From the IMG/VR virus record IMGVR_UViG_3300031853_000026: a DNA stretch of 64,000 bases; one strand, given 5' to 3'. The notes beneath the pieces were generated by a model that saw only the letters and a list, made by a program, of their open reading frames with translations, ran no database searches and was not told where the DNA came from. The DNA is from an uncultured virus (IMG/VR IMGVR_UViG_3300031853_000026) (lineage: Duplodnaviria > Heunggongvirae > Uroviricota > Caudoviricetes). The stretch's first letter is position 1; the number at the start of each line of letters is the position of its first letter. This document shows, one piece after another, positions 28,969-39,748 of this stretch. The position numbers and the translations under genes were made by a program.

Positions 28969-29039
28969 TATTTTTATGTTTTTATTGTTATTTATTAGAA
29001 AGGGTTTTAGTTAATTGAACCATCTGTTTAAAATCTTTC

Positions 29040-29116
29040 AAACTCTAAATAACGAGAGAGTAATAATGTAAAGTCCAGATACATTATTACTCTCTTTTTC
29101 TTTCTAAACAATTTTT
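29040..29116 (+). repeat. Promoter-hairpin module, near-identical to 39647-39725
   Basis: AAACTCTAAATAACGAGAGAGTAATAATGTAAAGTCCAGATACATTATTACTCTCTTTTTCTTTCTAAACAATTTTT. Confidence 0.9.
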
Positions 29117-29149
29117 ATTATTAACAAACATTCTAACACGTAAAAAAAA

Positions 29150-29839
29150 ATGACAAACAAATTCAAAATTGATAAGTGGGACGTCTACGTTGGTATCTTC
29201 TTGGCGCTCCTTGCTATTGTTTGGCTACATTCTGAATGTAACCGAACAACAGAATCAACAGCTACAACCTCAACCTCAACGACTTCCTCTCCCACCAGAC
29301 CAGACTTCATCTCTGTAAGTCTGGAAGACTACCCTAACTGGGGTAATTTCCGAGATAACACCAGACTTGAAGGTACTCTGTACCAGGTCTGGGGTGTTAC
29401 TTTAAATATTCCAGATTCTCTCTGGGTGGAATCAGAAAAATCCTATCCATATCTCCTCCTCTTTTTGAGAGGAGAAAAGGTGGTAAAGATTCTCCCAGTG
29501 AGATCCTACAGAGAGCTCCCAGACGAAGAGGTTAAGAGACAGACAGACTCCACGGTAACAACCGCTTCCGGTACCTATTGGAAGCCTCGATATTGCATTG
29601 AGGAGGGTTCCAAGTATTCGGTTACAGATTCCTACGTAGTATCAGTAGAGCCTGTGAATGAAAAAGCAAAAACACCGCACTCCTATTGGTGGTGGGTAGG
29701 AGTCATCGCTGTTGGCGCCGGTTTAATCGCTGGAATTTTAGTCTTCATTGCTGGTATCGGCGATGGTGATGGTGGTCTGATTTTCGGTAGCCTCGTGGTA
29801 GAGACCTTACTCGGATGGGCCATGAGTGTCCTTTTGTAG
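29150..29839 (+). CDS. Membrane protein
   Basis: N-terminal TM, Thr/Ser linker, two C-terminal TM segments. Confidence 0.85.
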   Translation: MTNKFKIDKWDVYVGIFLALLAIVWLHSECNRTTESTATTSTSTTSSPTRPDFISVSLEDYPNWGNFRDNTRLEGTLYQVWGVTLNIPDSLWVESEKSYPYLLLFLRGEKVVKILPVRSYRELPDEEVKRQTDSTVTTASGTYWKPRYCIEEGSKYSVTDSYVVSVEPVNEKAKTPHSYWWWVGVIAVGAGLIAGILVFIAGIGDGDGGLIFGSLVVETLLGWAMSVLL

Positions 29840-29994
29840 ACATCTTTCATCTAACAAAAACACATATAAAAATAACTTTTTACAGTATTTTATATGTGTT
29901 TTTATTTTTTTCCCAAATTTACTGAAATGCCTTTAATCAATTCTCTTAATCTTAACTGTGATTAAATTAATAAACTAAAAAAAAAAATACTATT

Positions 29995-32790
29995 ATGCAA
30001 CATTACAGAAAAGCTATTTTATCTATTCCGGAAATTTCTGTGAAGAATTTAAAGAATATTCTTTACTCGAATTATTCAAAATCTTGGGGATTTCCTATGA
30101 TAAATAAAGAGACTTATTCTTTCGAGAAAAATGGAGGATTAGTTAAGATTATCCTTTCTACTCTGTTCGATGAAAGATACCTGACTAAGGGAGCAATCAA
30201 TATCGGAAAAGCTAATTACAAAATTGATGGAGTTTTGGATTATTTTCTGGATGAAGATCTTACTTACAAATCCATTTTCACTCATTATTCTCATTCTAAG
30301 GAAAATTTAAAGGAGACTGGTGGATTGAATATTCAAGCATTTAATTATGAGTATGTAGAGAATCAGATTAAGCCCGGTTTTTTCATTCCTGTATCTCATA
30401 TGTTTTGTAAAGAATCTGTCCCTAATTGGAACGATGATCATACAAGAGATTACAGTATAGCTCCTGGTATAGATGAATCAGTTATAAAGATATCTGGTTA
30501 TCTTAATTTTATGAGTGAATATTACACCCCTCTCTCATATACAAGATCTTGTAGTATTCACCTTGATGTTCCTAAATGGAGTACACTTGTTCTTACAAAA
30601 GAAAAAGATAAGTCTATAAAGGGAGAATTTACATTTTACATCGAGGGTGGTGATGATGTGGATAAGTTTAAACCTGTATATGCTGAACAATTATTTGGCA
30701 AGTTGAAGGAAATCGGACTCAATTTTTCGGAAGATGAAATTGAGAAGATGACTGAGACTATCGAATGGCCTAGAGAATTTGATACATATAGATTGGATTA
30801 TGTTAACAGATTTTCTGACCCATTCAGTAATAAACTCATTAATTATCATGACTCTTTCTTTAAAGATTTAAAAGTTGGAAATGAAGAAGTACCTCAAGCT
30901 CCGGTTGAGGAGAAGAAAACAGAAGTAGTATTTGATCCAGCAAATGTTAAAGATTTCTTGAGAAAGGAGCTTAAACTAGATGCTGCGCTGAATTTGATCA
31001 ATCCCGAGGATCCATTCAAGAAGGAGTTGGAGAATTATATTGGAAAGAATGAGGATGATGTTGAATTTACAAAAACCAAACTCAAGATGATTCATGCCAA
31101 TGACCTTTTTAAGGATAAGTGGCTAGAGATTGAGACAGGGATGAAGAAAAATGCTCATTGTTATGTAATTACTCCTAAAGATCTGGTTGAGGCTAATAGA
31201 AAGATTAAGAAAGGAGTTCCTGGATTTGGATTCTCTTATGAAGAAGAGGAGAAGTATTTTGAAGAGCATTTTGAGAAGAGAACCATGACCCCAACTGATT
31301 TCGAGGTTTGGGGAAAGATTGGAGGAGAATGGTTAGAGTCTGGAAATGATATTACTCCTATTCCTACAGATGGCAGTGAAATCAAGGTTACTGATCTCAT
31401 TCATACACTTCAATTTGCACCTCCATTGAATCTTGATAAATACTTGGATTCTAAAATGTTTGGTCAAAAGGATATTAAGTGGGGTTTGAGTGGTAAGATA
31501 GAGAATATTGTCAATCCCTCGCAAAAAAATATCCTTCCAGACAATTCAGTTGTAAGAAATAAGGTTGAAGAATCCTGGAAAGAATTTAAGGATAAATATA
31601 CCTTGAATAATAGCCTATTCCCTGTTTTTGACAAAGACAAATTCTTAGCAGATTATTCAGAGAAGATAAAAAATTACTTCATGGATGAAAGATTTGCTAA
31701 GATTTGGGAAACTGTTATATCAGACTTAAAGTCGAATTATGTTATATCGGAGTCTAGGTATGGTAGTAACCCCTACTTGGTAAAAGGTGGATTTAAGTAT
31801 GGGTATAGAGGATTAATTCTTGATATTCTTGATAAAGTCTTTGGAGTACATCCTAAAACAGATGAACATTTTTTGTCCTTATTCGATAATTTCTTGGATA
31901 GAAAGGTTAGTGGTTATGTGACCACGCTGAATGAATATCTTATCAATACCTCCAAAGTATACACCTGGGAGGATGAATTATCTGAAATTGTAAATATGAT
32001 GTTCTCTGTTGATGAACATATAGCTACATGGCAAATTCAATTAGCATGTAAATTGATTAGGTATGCATTTCTACCCTCTCAATTCTGGTCTAAATTGGAT
32101 TTGAATGATCTCCGTAATACTAGATTAAAATTTGATAAGAAGCTTCTTTACTCAATTTATAATGATAAATGGAAAGAAGTTATTGAGTCTATATCTGTAA
32201 AGGGGAAATATCTAGTCACTGTTGAAGATTTCAGGAAAGGTATAAAGGACTATTATAAATACTTGAATGATAATACTAAACTCGGTTATTATTATCATCC
32301 TGTTGAAAGATTGAAGGATATAGACAAGTCTTTTGACTGTTTCATCAGTGATATCTTCTATAATGGTTTCGAAATTACCCAAAAAATCTATAATGATTGG
32401 CGAAGCAAGGGGGATGATCTGTTCCGTGAAAGTGGAATTAAACCAATTATTACACAAGAAGAATATATGCGTGGCATGATTCCTAGTTGTATCCACTATC
32501 GAATACTTGATGTTGTAGATAATCCTGAAAACAAGAGCATGAAGTACAAGGATTGCGAGAAGAATATCAATGAAGACTTGATTATTTCATCCTTTATGTT
32601 TGTACCTCCTCTTTGTATGGAGACCTATGATGGACCTGATACTACAATAGAAGAGACTAAAACTGAATCGGATAAGAAAGATGATAAAAGTTTTAGTATT
32701 ATACAAAAAGCAGTGGATGCTGTAAAAGCTATTCAAGAAGCTGCAAAAGAGGCTGTAAAGTCTATTAATGCAGAGTCCACTGGAAAGTAA
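29995..32790 (+). CDS. Large hypothetical protein with internal repeats
   Basis: 931-aa ORF; recurring DKW(L/K)E..(Y)(V/L)(I/V)T..D motif at three positions. Confidence 0.9.
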   Translation: MQHYRKAILSIPEISVKNLKNILYSNYSKSWGFPMINKETYSFEKNGGLVKIILSTLFDERYLTKGAINIGKANYKIDGVLDYFLDEDLTYKSIFTHYSHSKENLKETGGLNIQAFNYEYVENQIKPGFFIPVSHMFCKESVPNWNDDHTRDYSIAPGIDESVIKISGYLNFMSEYYTPLSYTRSCSIHLDVPKWSTLVLTKEKDKSIKGEFTFYIEGGDDVDKFKPVYAEQLFGKLKEIGLNFSEDEIEKMTETIEWPREFDTYRLDYVNRFSDPFSNKLINYHDSFFKDLKVGNEEVPQAPVEEKKTEVVFDPANVKDFLRKELKLDAALNLINPEDPFKKELENYIGKNEDDVEFTKTKLKMIHANDLFKDKWLEIETGMKKNAHCYVITPKDLVEANRKIKKGVPGFGFSYEEEEKYFEEHFEKRTMTPTDFEVWGKIGGEWLESGNDITPIPTDGSEIKVTDLIHTLQFAPPLNLDKYLDSKMFGQKDIKWGLSGKIENIVNPSQKNILPDNSVVRNKVEESWKEFKDKYTLNNSLFPVFDKDKFLADYSEKIKNYFMDERFAKIWETVISDLKSNYVISESRYGSNPYLVKGGFKYGYRGLILDILDKVFGVHPKTDEHFLSLFDNFLDRKVSGYVTTLNEYLINTSKVYTWEDELSEIVNMMFSVDEHIATWQIQLACKLIRYAFLPSQFWSKLDLNDLRNTRLKFDKKLLYSIYNDKWKEVIESISVKGKYLVTVEDFRKGIKDYYKYLNDNTKLGYYYHPVERLKDIDKSFDCFISDIFYNGFEITQKIYNDWRSKGDDLFRESGIKPIITQEEYMRGMIPSCIHYRILDVVDNPENKSMKYKDCEKNINEDLIISSFMFVPPLCMETYDGPDTTIEETKTESDKKDDKSFSIIQKAVDAVKAIQEAAKEAVKSINAESTGK

Positions 32791-32794
32791 TATG

Positions 32795-32861
32795 CCCTCA
32801 AACACTAATTAGTGAGAGGATAAGTAATAAAAAAAAATTACTTATCCTCTTTTTTATTTTT
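32795..32861 (+). promoter_or_regulatory. Promoter-like motif + hairpin + U-tract module
   Basis: CCCTCAAACACTAATTAGTG-AGAGGATAAGTAAT...ATTACTTATCCTCT-TTTTT. Confidence 0.65.
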
Positions 32862-32887
32862 CTAGTATTTAACAAAATTAATTTACA

Positions 32888-33370
32888 ATGGCAAAAGAAA
32901 CAGCATGGAAAAATAATTATCTTAGATTGGGGTGGTATAGTTTATCTAATGGTTTTTCTATTGGAATTGAACTAGACTCACCTAAATCTATAGTAACTAT
33001 TGTAATTTCACCAGATAAATATGTTGTAGATCTTAATAATAAATTAAGCCCATTACCTGATGACTTAAGGTCTCAGATAGCTTATTTATTTAGAAAACAG
33101 TATGAAACTATTGAACGATTTGTGCTCAATAAAAATATTACTGTATCATTTACAAATGATTTTTGGTGTGAAAATTCTAAAAGCCCCCTCTACAATCATT
33201 TTCAGTACAGAAATAGGTCTAAGAGAAGTGATCTATTTCCGATTCAATACGATTATCATCAATTGGCTACTGAAGATCCCCGCAAGATTTGGAGGAAGGA
33301 CTATGAAATACTCAATAACAAAAACATGAATGATCTCATTCATCCATTATACGGTAACATTTCATTTTGA
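32888..33370 (+). CDS. Hypothetical protein
   Basis: 160-aa ORF. Confidence 0.8.
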   Translation: MAKETAWKNNYLRLGWYSLSNGFSIGIELDSPKSIVTIVISPDKYVVDLNNKLSPLPDDLRSQIAYLFRKQYETIERFVLNKNITVSFTNDFWCENSKSPLYNHFQYRNRSKRSDLFPIQYDYHQLATEDPRKIWRKDYEILNNKNMNDLIHPLYGNISF

Positions 33371-33376
33371 AAGAAA

Positions 33377-33832
33377 ATGTCAGACGAAAACGGAAAACAA
33401 GTAAAAATAACCGTAAAATACAAGGATTATTTGAAAATTGAATTTTACGGTAACAATCAATTCAGAATGGTCAATTCTACTCGAGGCAATTGTGATCCTG
33501 GTTATTGGGAACCTGAGGTATATGAATGGGATAAGTATCCCAAATTGCCAGAGATATTTCTGAAATACTTAATTTTTCTCTTGATGAATACCGGACCTTG
33601 TGAAGTAATTAAGGCAGGTAGAGATATCCACCTATATTCGAAAGATTATTATGGGTTCTTTATTGGAGACAGCTTGTATATCTCCCCTAGAGATGGAGAT
33701 GATCATATTGAAGCTAACTACAATTATTACCAGAAACGCATAAAAGAGGGTGGTGGTATTGGTAACATCAATCTGAAGGAAATTCGAACATCCATGTGGA
33801 GTTGTATATCTATATGGATAAATAAAAGTTAA
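33377..33832 (+). CDS. Hypothetical protein
   Basis: 151-aa ORF. Confidence 0.8.
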   Translation: MSDENGKQVKITVKYKDYLKIEFYGNNQFRMVNSTRGNCDPGYWEPEVYEWDKYPKLPEIFLKYLIFLLMNTGPCEVIKAGRDIHLYSKDYYGFFIGDSLYISPRDGDDHIEANYNYYQKRIKEGGGIGNINLKEIRTSMWSCISIWINKS

Positions 33833-33852
33833 AACTAAATATAATACAAAAA

Positions 33853-35880
33853 ATGGCAGAACAACTTAAAAAGTACATCAAGATTGACAGTGTACTCAAG
33901 AAGGGATTTGTAGTTCCCTCTATTCGTGATCATTACGATGACAACACTATTGAAACAGCTATTCAGAACCGTATGAAGGGCTCTAACTGGATGAAGGATG
34001 TTCTTCTCGAAGACAATCCGAAACTTCCTACGAAGGGTGACGGAATCACTATCAGGATCTCTAAGTATCTCTACCTCATGTATCCCAAGAATGGTGAACG
34101 TGAGAAGATTTTGGTTAGGTTCGATTCACAGGGAAATGAGTTGATCTATGCCCCTGTTCAGCTCTACAATCCCACGTTAGATGGTGATCAGTCTAAGCAC
34201 TTTGATTTTGTCGAAGAGGGATTCTTCAGTGAACCTGCGGGTGATGATGATTTGCTTTATTCCTCGTTGAAGGAATGGGCACAGCATCACACACACCAGG
34301 AGACAGGTATTGCAATGTACAGTCTACCGTATTGCCGTATCAATTTCTTCATTCGCTGGATGAATAAAAGTATCAGGTATCTTCTCATACCTGACATTCG
34401 AGTGTTTAGATCTAAGATTCCCAGAAAGACATTCTGGATTGACTCCCTCGTTTCTCTTTGGGAATACAAACACTCCTACGAGATGAATGAAGAGGTTAAG
34501 ATCCCTACTCTTCTCTCTGGCGGAAGGAGAACTTTCTTCCTGAATCCTGACAATCCCATGGATGGTTTTATTATTTTCTGTCCAGAAGAGATTGGTAAGG
34601 GTTATGTAGCATTCGATGGAACTCTCCGAATCAATATCTACGAACAGGACACAGAGCTTCCTTCTTGGGTTATTCATTTCCCGGATCCCAGAGAAAAGTA
34701 CAAGATTGCCTACAAGCTTATTACAGAAGAGCTTGATTGGGTGAATAAATATATCGCCGGAACCGAAGGAAATGCTTATAAGTGGTTTGCTCGTCTCAAA
34801 GGTGCCCTTGAAGATGCAAAATCTCTTACAGACCTTCTCGTGGTAGATATCACTGGTGACCAGGATTTGATCTTTGGTCCTCTTCCCAGCCTCACCAATG
34901 ATGAATTGACATACAGAACCCCAGTTACAGATCTGTTGGATCAGTCTAATGGATGCTATGACAATAAATGGGTTCTCGGCGAAATTAAGTTACCTCTCAC
35001 AGGTGATTCGATTTTCCCGGTACCTCAGGGAATTATCTGTACACTTGAAGAGAACGATTCTCATGTTGGACCCTTTACGGTCAAACAGGAATTCTCCCCA
35101 ACTTCCCTTTACGCTAAATACTACAAGTACATGGGTAGGGTTGAGTATCAGATTTCTATTCCTGATAGCATGGTTCTTCTCAGCCCTCTTGTCTCTGTAA
35201 AAGATGAAGATACTGGCTGGTTGAAGGAGGGACTCGATCTCTGCCCGTTGTTCTACAGAGGAGTTGATCTTCGTAAAATCGGCAATCTTCCGAACGTAAC
35301 CGAGAAAAACCTTGAAGATGGACAGTTCATGTATCATCAAGAGTACGAACTTGACTCTGAAAGAGTTTTGGTTAGGGATGTTTGGTATGCAGACAGAGAA
35401 TGTACTGATCTTGACTGGTCTATAGAATGGAGCAAAGACATCCTCTATTCTGACTATGACGATGGAAAGTATGATGATGAACCTGGCTGGAGTATTCAGG
35501 GTTTGGATGTCGTGCTTGAACTCGTTAAGGAGAGTAAGATTGACTTGATGAGACTTCCAATGTTAGATACCGTATTGGCTTATTCAAAAGCTAAATCCGG
35601 TTCCAAATTGACTGAGGAAGAGCTTAACCTGCTTCCATTCATTGATGGGTATCCTGGTACTTCTCCGGAGATCGAAAAGACTACCGGTGAGTATGTAACT
35701 CAGGCAATCAATTACCTAGTCAACCCAAAAGCTTCGGACAGAAAGAAGTTATTCTTGATGAAGTTCTTTGATTATGTCGTTGGTGAATCAAAATGGGTTC
35801 CGAAAACAAATGACCCGGATGCTATCACATGGGATCAGCTGAGGAATGCTATTCCTTTCCCGGAAGATGCAGATGAGTAA
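33853..35880 (+). CDS. Hypothetical protein
   Basis: 675-aa ORF. Confidence 0.9.
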   Translation: MAEQLKKYIKIDSVLKKGFVVPSIRDHYDDNTIETAIQNRMKGSNWMKDVLLEDNPKLPTKGDGITIRISKYLYLMYPKNGEREKILVRFDSQGNELIYAPVQLYNPTLDGDQSKHFDFVEEGFFSEPAGDDDLLYSSLKEWAQHHTHQETGIAMYSLPYCRINFFIRWMNKSIRYLLIPDIRVFRSKIPRKTFWIDSLVSLWEYKHSYEMNEEVKIPTLLSGGRRTFFLNPDNPMDGFIIFCPEEIGKGYVAFDGTLRINIYEQDTELPSWVIHFPDPREKYKIAYKLITEELDWVNKYIAGTEGNAYKWFARLKGALEDAKSLTDLLVVDITGDQDLIFGPLPSLTNDELTYRTPVTDLLDQSNGCYDNKWVLGEIKLPLTGDSIFPVPQGIICTLEENDSHVGPFTVKQEFSPTSLYAKYYKYMGRVEYQISIPDSMVLLSPLVSVKDEDTGWLKEGLDLCPLFYRGVDLRKIGNLPNVTEKNLEDGQFMYHQEYELDSERVLVRDVWYADRECTDLDWSIEWSKDILYSDYDDGKYDDEPGWSIQGLDVVLELVKESKIDLMRLPMLDTVLAYSKAKSGSKLTEEELNLLPFIDGYPGTSPEIEKTTGEYVTQAINYLVNPKASDRKKLFLMKFFDYVVGESKWVPKTNDPDAITWDQLRNAIPFPEDADE

Positions 35881-35888
35881 GGAGAAAG

Positions 35889-35950
35889 CGCTCAAACCTT
35901 TATGAATGAGAGAGTAAATAATGTAAAAATTGTTTATTCTCTCATTCTTT
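35889..35950 (+). promoter_or_regulatory. Promoter-like motif + hairpin + U-tract module
   Basis: CGCTCAAACCTTTATGAATGAGAGAGTAAATAAT...ATTGTTTATTCTCTCATTC-TTT. Confidence 0.6.
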
Positions 35951-35999
35951 CAAGAATTTACAATTAACACTATTAATTAACATTTTAAAAAATATAAAA

Positions 36000-36644
36000 A
36001 TGGGATCTAAAAAATCAAAACAGAGAATTAAGCAATCTCTGAACATTTTCGGAAGAATTTGGAACGCATCTAAAGCCACGCCAGAACAGAAAGCAGCAGC
36101 AGCAGAACATTTCGGTGATGGCCCTGGTCCGGCAAATGGTCACTCGGACAACAGTGAGAGGAGACCCCGTAAGATGAAGGGTGTAGGCCTTTTGATCATC
36201 TTGTTCGTGGCCCTTTTGGCTCTGTTGATATACCACAGGTCAACAATGAAGAAATCCAAGGATCTTGTTGGACAGACGAAGGTGGAATCTACCGCTAAGT
36301 CTAAGCACACGACGGACGATCTGATCGACACTATCTCATCTTCTCGAATCACTCAAATCCCAAAGAGACAGGAACGAGTACAAGAAGAGGAAGTGAAACA
36401 GGTACAGGTACAGGAAGAGCAGACGCAACAATCAGCACCTGAACCAAAAAAGCAGATCAAGACTGAGACTGAAACTGAGCTTGAGTACGCCCCTAACGGA
36501 GAGGTTCTCATCCAGATGCCAGTCTACCCCGATGGTGGCTTTGACACCTATCAGGAGCGAGAAGAGTACTTTAACTCAATAAAAGCATACTGGGAACAGC
36601 AGAGAAGAATCTCGAGCTGGATGACCCAGAATCACAATGACTAA
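36000..36644 (+). CDS. Single-pass membrane protein
   Basis: GVGLLIILFVALLALLIY TM segment; Q/E-rich linker. Confidence 0.85.
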   Translation: MGSKKSKQRIKQSLNIFGRIWNASKATPEQKAAAAEHFGDGPGPANGHSDNSERRPRKMKGVGLLIILFVALLALLIYHRSTMKKSKDLVGQTKVESTAKSKHTTDDLIDTISSSRITQIPKRQERVQEEEVKQVQVQEEQTQQSAPEPKKQIKTETETELEYAPNGEVLIQMPVYPDGGFDTYQEREEYFNSIKAYWEQQRRISSWMTQNHND

Positions 36645-36658
36645 AGAAGCAAAGAAAA

Positions 36659-37447
36659 ATGAAAAAAGAACACAGTGCCAATTTTGGTAGCTCCCTTGCA
36701 GCTGCTCTTAGAGCTAAGGCAGAAGGAAGAATACCAAGAGACCCGAGAGAAGAAGACAATGCCTTCTACCTTGTAGGTATGGGTGGTGAGGATCGGGAGT
36801 TCCTCGAACAGCAGTTCGATCGTATGAAGAAGGAGCGAGAAAATTTCTTCAAGTCTGAAGAGCTCAACGAACACGGTCTTGTCATCCTTCCGTTCCAGGA
36901 AACTGTAGAAGAGGCTGATGAGGTTTTTGATCTCGTTAGAGGTCCTGCAAGCGACAGCAAGATCTTCTTCTATCCAATGAAGCTTGGTCACGATGGTAAA
37001 ATGAGTGAGGACAAAGATCACCCCTCAATTATCGCTACTTGTAGTGAAGTTAGAGGAAGTGATTTCTACTGTAACCTCAACTTCATCTACTGGACATCTA
37101 AAGGTCTTGGAGTCCAGACCGTTCGTATGCGTTACGACGAAAACATCCGTGAGGCTATCATACGTCAACCGGAAACTATCGTACCACCAGAGCTAAGGGA
37201 TGACTTTAAAAGAGGTCAAGTCCGTTGCGCAAAGGTATGGCAGGACATGGTTGATAACCGTGGAGACAAAAGCGACCCAATGAGAAAGAGCGACTATGAT
37301 GTGTATATCGCACCGGAAAAAGTTGATCCTGACTCAGTGAAAGTATGTGATGTATGCGGAGAAAAAACAGCCTATGAAATAGGCGAAAAGAAAAATCAAC
37401 AAAAATACAGCACCCACTACTGTAACCGATGCGGCAGGTACAGCTAA
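36659..37447 (+). CDS. Hypothetical protein with C-terminal zinc ribbon
   Basis: CDVCG...CNRCG. Confidence 0.85.
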   Translation: MKKEHSANFGSSLAAALRAKAEGRIPRDPREEDNAFYLVGMGGEDREFLEQQFDRMKKERENFFKSEELNEHGLVILPFQETVEEADEVFDLVRGPASDSKIFFYPMKLGHDGKMSEDKDHPSIIATCSEVRGSDFYCNLNFIYWTSKGLGVQTVRMRYDENIREAIIRQPETIVPPELRDDFKRGQVRCAKVWQDMVDNRGDKSDPMRKSDYDVYIAPEKVDPDSVKVCDVCGEKTAYEIGEKKNQQKYSTHYCNRCGRYS

Positions 37448-37562
37448 ACACAACACTACTAACACGCAATTAAATAAAACATACAGAATTACTTTTGTGG
37501 TATTTTCTGTATGTTTTATTTTTTTTTTCTTCTTTTGCCTTATAACTAAAAAGATTACTATT

Positions 37563-38342
37563 ATGGCTATATATAAAACAAAATTATATGCTTCATTAGC
37601 TGATTTATTAAATGGTTCTAGTATAAATAAATTAAAGAACAGTGTTAAAAATAGAGTAGATAATGAGGCAGATGAATTAAGATTATTAAAACAATGGATA
37701 AAAGATAAGGCATCTTTTGAAAGAATACCAATAAATGAGCAGAAAATAAAAGAAGTTTTAAGAAAGGAAAAGGTTGGGTTCTGGAAAGAATTAGCTGAAA
37801 ATCAAAAGGAAAGAGTAAGGGAGAATCTGGATGAGATAAATAATTCTGTTAAGCATGCATTTCAAAAATCCGACTCTAATTTGATTAATGAAATGATGAA
37901 TAAAATTAGAAATGGGGGATTTGATGCTAAATACGGGAGAGAAATGTCATCTGAAGCCGGTAAATTAACTATCGATAAATCTAGGGCAGATCTATCTCAA
38001 ATAGGACATGAACTAGAACATGCAAAGAGATTTAAATCCGGCTTGTATGATTATAAATATAACGATGAAACTTTACTTCACCCAAGAATGAAAGGAAATA
38101 TATTAAATTATATTTCTCATACATTACCAGAAGAAATGGCAGCAGCTAGAGGTGGTGTTATGAATTCTTATTTAAAGCTCGGAGACAAATTATCCAAAGA
38201 GAAATTAAATGAGATTCATAAACGTAGTATGCAAGATCTCAGTACTTATGCATCTGAAATAGGCTATTTACCACCTTCCCTTGATTATCACATGGATCCA
38301 GAAATATTAAGGAAATTTAAGGAGAATTTAAAGAAATTATGA
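37563..38342 (+). CDS. Leader-family protein with HExxH motif (putative zinc metallopeptidase-like)
   Basis: Start reassigned to MAIYKTKLYA; IGHELEHA...PEEMAA. Confidence 0.8.
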   Translation: MAIYKTKLYASLADLLNGSSINKLKNSVKNRVDNEADELRLLKQWIKDKASFERIPINEQKIKEVLRKEKVGFWKELAENQKERVRENLDEINNSVKHAFQKSDSNLINEMMNKIRNGGFDAKYGREMSSEAGKLTIDKSRADLSQIGHELEHAKRFKSGLYDYKYNDETLLHPRMKGNILNYISHTLPEEMAAARGGVMNSYLKLGDKLSKEKLNEIHKRSMQDLSTYASEIGYLPPSLDYHMDPEILRKFKENLKKL

Positions 38343-39637
38343 TATTATATAGAACAAAATTATTCGGTCTTTTGTCTGATAGGGTCTTTAAAGCTATTCA
38401 AGAATCTGGTAAAATAACTGGTAAAAAATTGGATAGACTTGAAGCTAGACAGTTGATGAGGGAAGTGGATAAGAAATCAGAAACTAGTTTTAGAACTATC
38501 GAAAATCTTTGGAAAGAAGGAGAAATTAATAAAGATAGGTTAGATAAAAAGATTAATTCACTTAACTCACGGCAATATGAATTAGGAAAGGATGCTGATA
38601 CAGCAGATAAGGAGCTGCTTGACTATGTTCGAAAACACGACCATAAGATAGATAGAACAGATCCTGAATTCATAGAACTGAACAATAAAGCAAAAGAGTT
38701 AGGCGATAAATTACTGAACAATAAAGAATATAAAGAGTTAGAATCTCAGATAAGTGATCTCGAAAGAAAGCGTGATGCTGCCCGTGATTATTTTAACAAT
38801 AAAATGGACTTGCAAAGTGAAAGAGATCTAGAAAGATTTAAACGCTATAATGATTACCAATACCGAGTACAGGATAGAAAAGAAATAAAAAAACCATCTA
38901 CTTCTGAAATAAATAGTAGTTGGAATGATTATATAGATGGATTAAATGAATCAGAAAGACCGAACGCATTCACAGATTCGATTAATGATCGCATCGGTGA
39001 GTATTACAAAAAGTATAAAGGCCGTACAACACCTAGAAAAACAAAAAATTCTGATAAGATATTCAAAGATATAGAAAATGATTATAATAAACGGACAGGA
39101 AAACATTTTGTAATGGATTCTCCGGGTAATAATTTTTATTCACCTAACTCAGGTGAAGTTCATTTAGGTTCTACTGACCCTGCTACAGCAATTCATGAAG
39201 TGAGACATAGGGATAGAGCAGAAGATCTCAAAATAGGTTTAAGTAACCGTCCGAAAGAGTTCCATTATCCTAAGGGTGTTCAAGATAGATTGGAGTACGT
39301 AAGAGAAGAAGAAGGGGACGCGTTTAAGACATCTTTCCGAAAAATGTTTTTAAATAAGCATTCTGGTGGAAGAGATTGGAGATCAGCACATGTGAATGGA
39401 TTAAAAAGTCTAGGTACTTATTATGCTCCTTTTGGACAAGATATTAATAAGACTGGGTTTGTAGATCTTAGTTATAATGTCCCAAAAGAGCTCATGGAAA
39501 AGATAAGAGAAAACGCTAAGAAAAAAGGTATTGACTTAAATAGATCACAAAAGATAAATTATAAACCAGCTACAGAGGATGAAGCATCTGAAATAAGAAA
39601 ATATGTATATCGCAAGGGACGTAGCAATTACCAATAA
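38339..39637 (+). CDS. Leader-family protein with coiled coil and HExxH motif
   Basis: MILYRTKLFG; AIHEVRH...EEEGDAF. Confidence 0.85.
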   Translation: MILYRTKLFGLLSDRVFKAIQESGKITGKKLDRLEARQLMREVDKKSETSFRTIENLWKEGEINKDRLDKKINSLNSRQYELGKDADTADKELLDYVRKHDHKIDRTDPEFIELNNKAKELGDKLLNNKEYKELESQISDLERKRDAARDYFNNKMDLQSERDLERFKRYNDYQYRVQDRKEIKKPSTSEINSSWNDYIDGLNESERPNAFTDSINDRIGEYYKKYKGRTTPRKTKNSDKIFKDIENDYNKRTGKHFVMDSPGNNFYSPNSGEVHLGSTDPATAIHEVRHRDRAEDLKIGLSNRPKEFHYPKGVQDRLEYVREEEGDAFKTSFRKMFLNKHSGGRDWRSAHVNGLKSLGTYYAPFGQDINKTGFVDLSYNVPKELMEKIRENAKKKGIDLNRSQKINYKPATEDEASEIRKYVYRKGRSNYQ

Positions 39638-39646
39638 AAATCCCTT

Positions 39647-39725
39647 AAACTCTAAATAACGAGAGAGTAATAATGTAAATCCAGATACATTATTACTCTT
39701 TCATTTTTCTTTCTAAACAATTTTT
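39647..39725 (+). repeat. Promoter-hairpin module, near-identical to 29040-29116
   Basis: AAACTCTAAATAACGAGAGAGTAATAATGTAAATCCAGATACATTATTACTCT...TTTCTAAACAATTTTT. Confidence 0.9.
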
Positions 39726-39748
39726 TTAACAATTAAACACAACAAAAA

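Noticed and set aside
37497..37562. N-terminal extension of the 37497 ORF
   Set aside because: It lies in a terminator T-tract; ATG 37563 gives the leader-family start.
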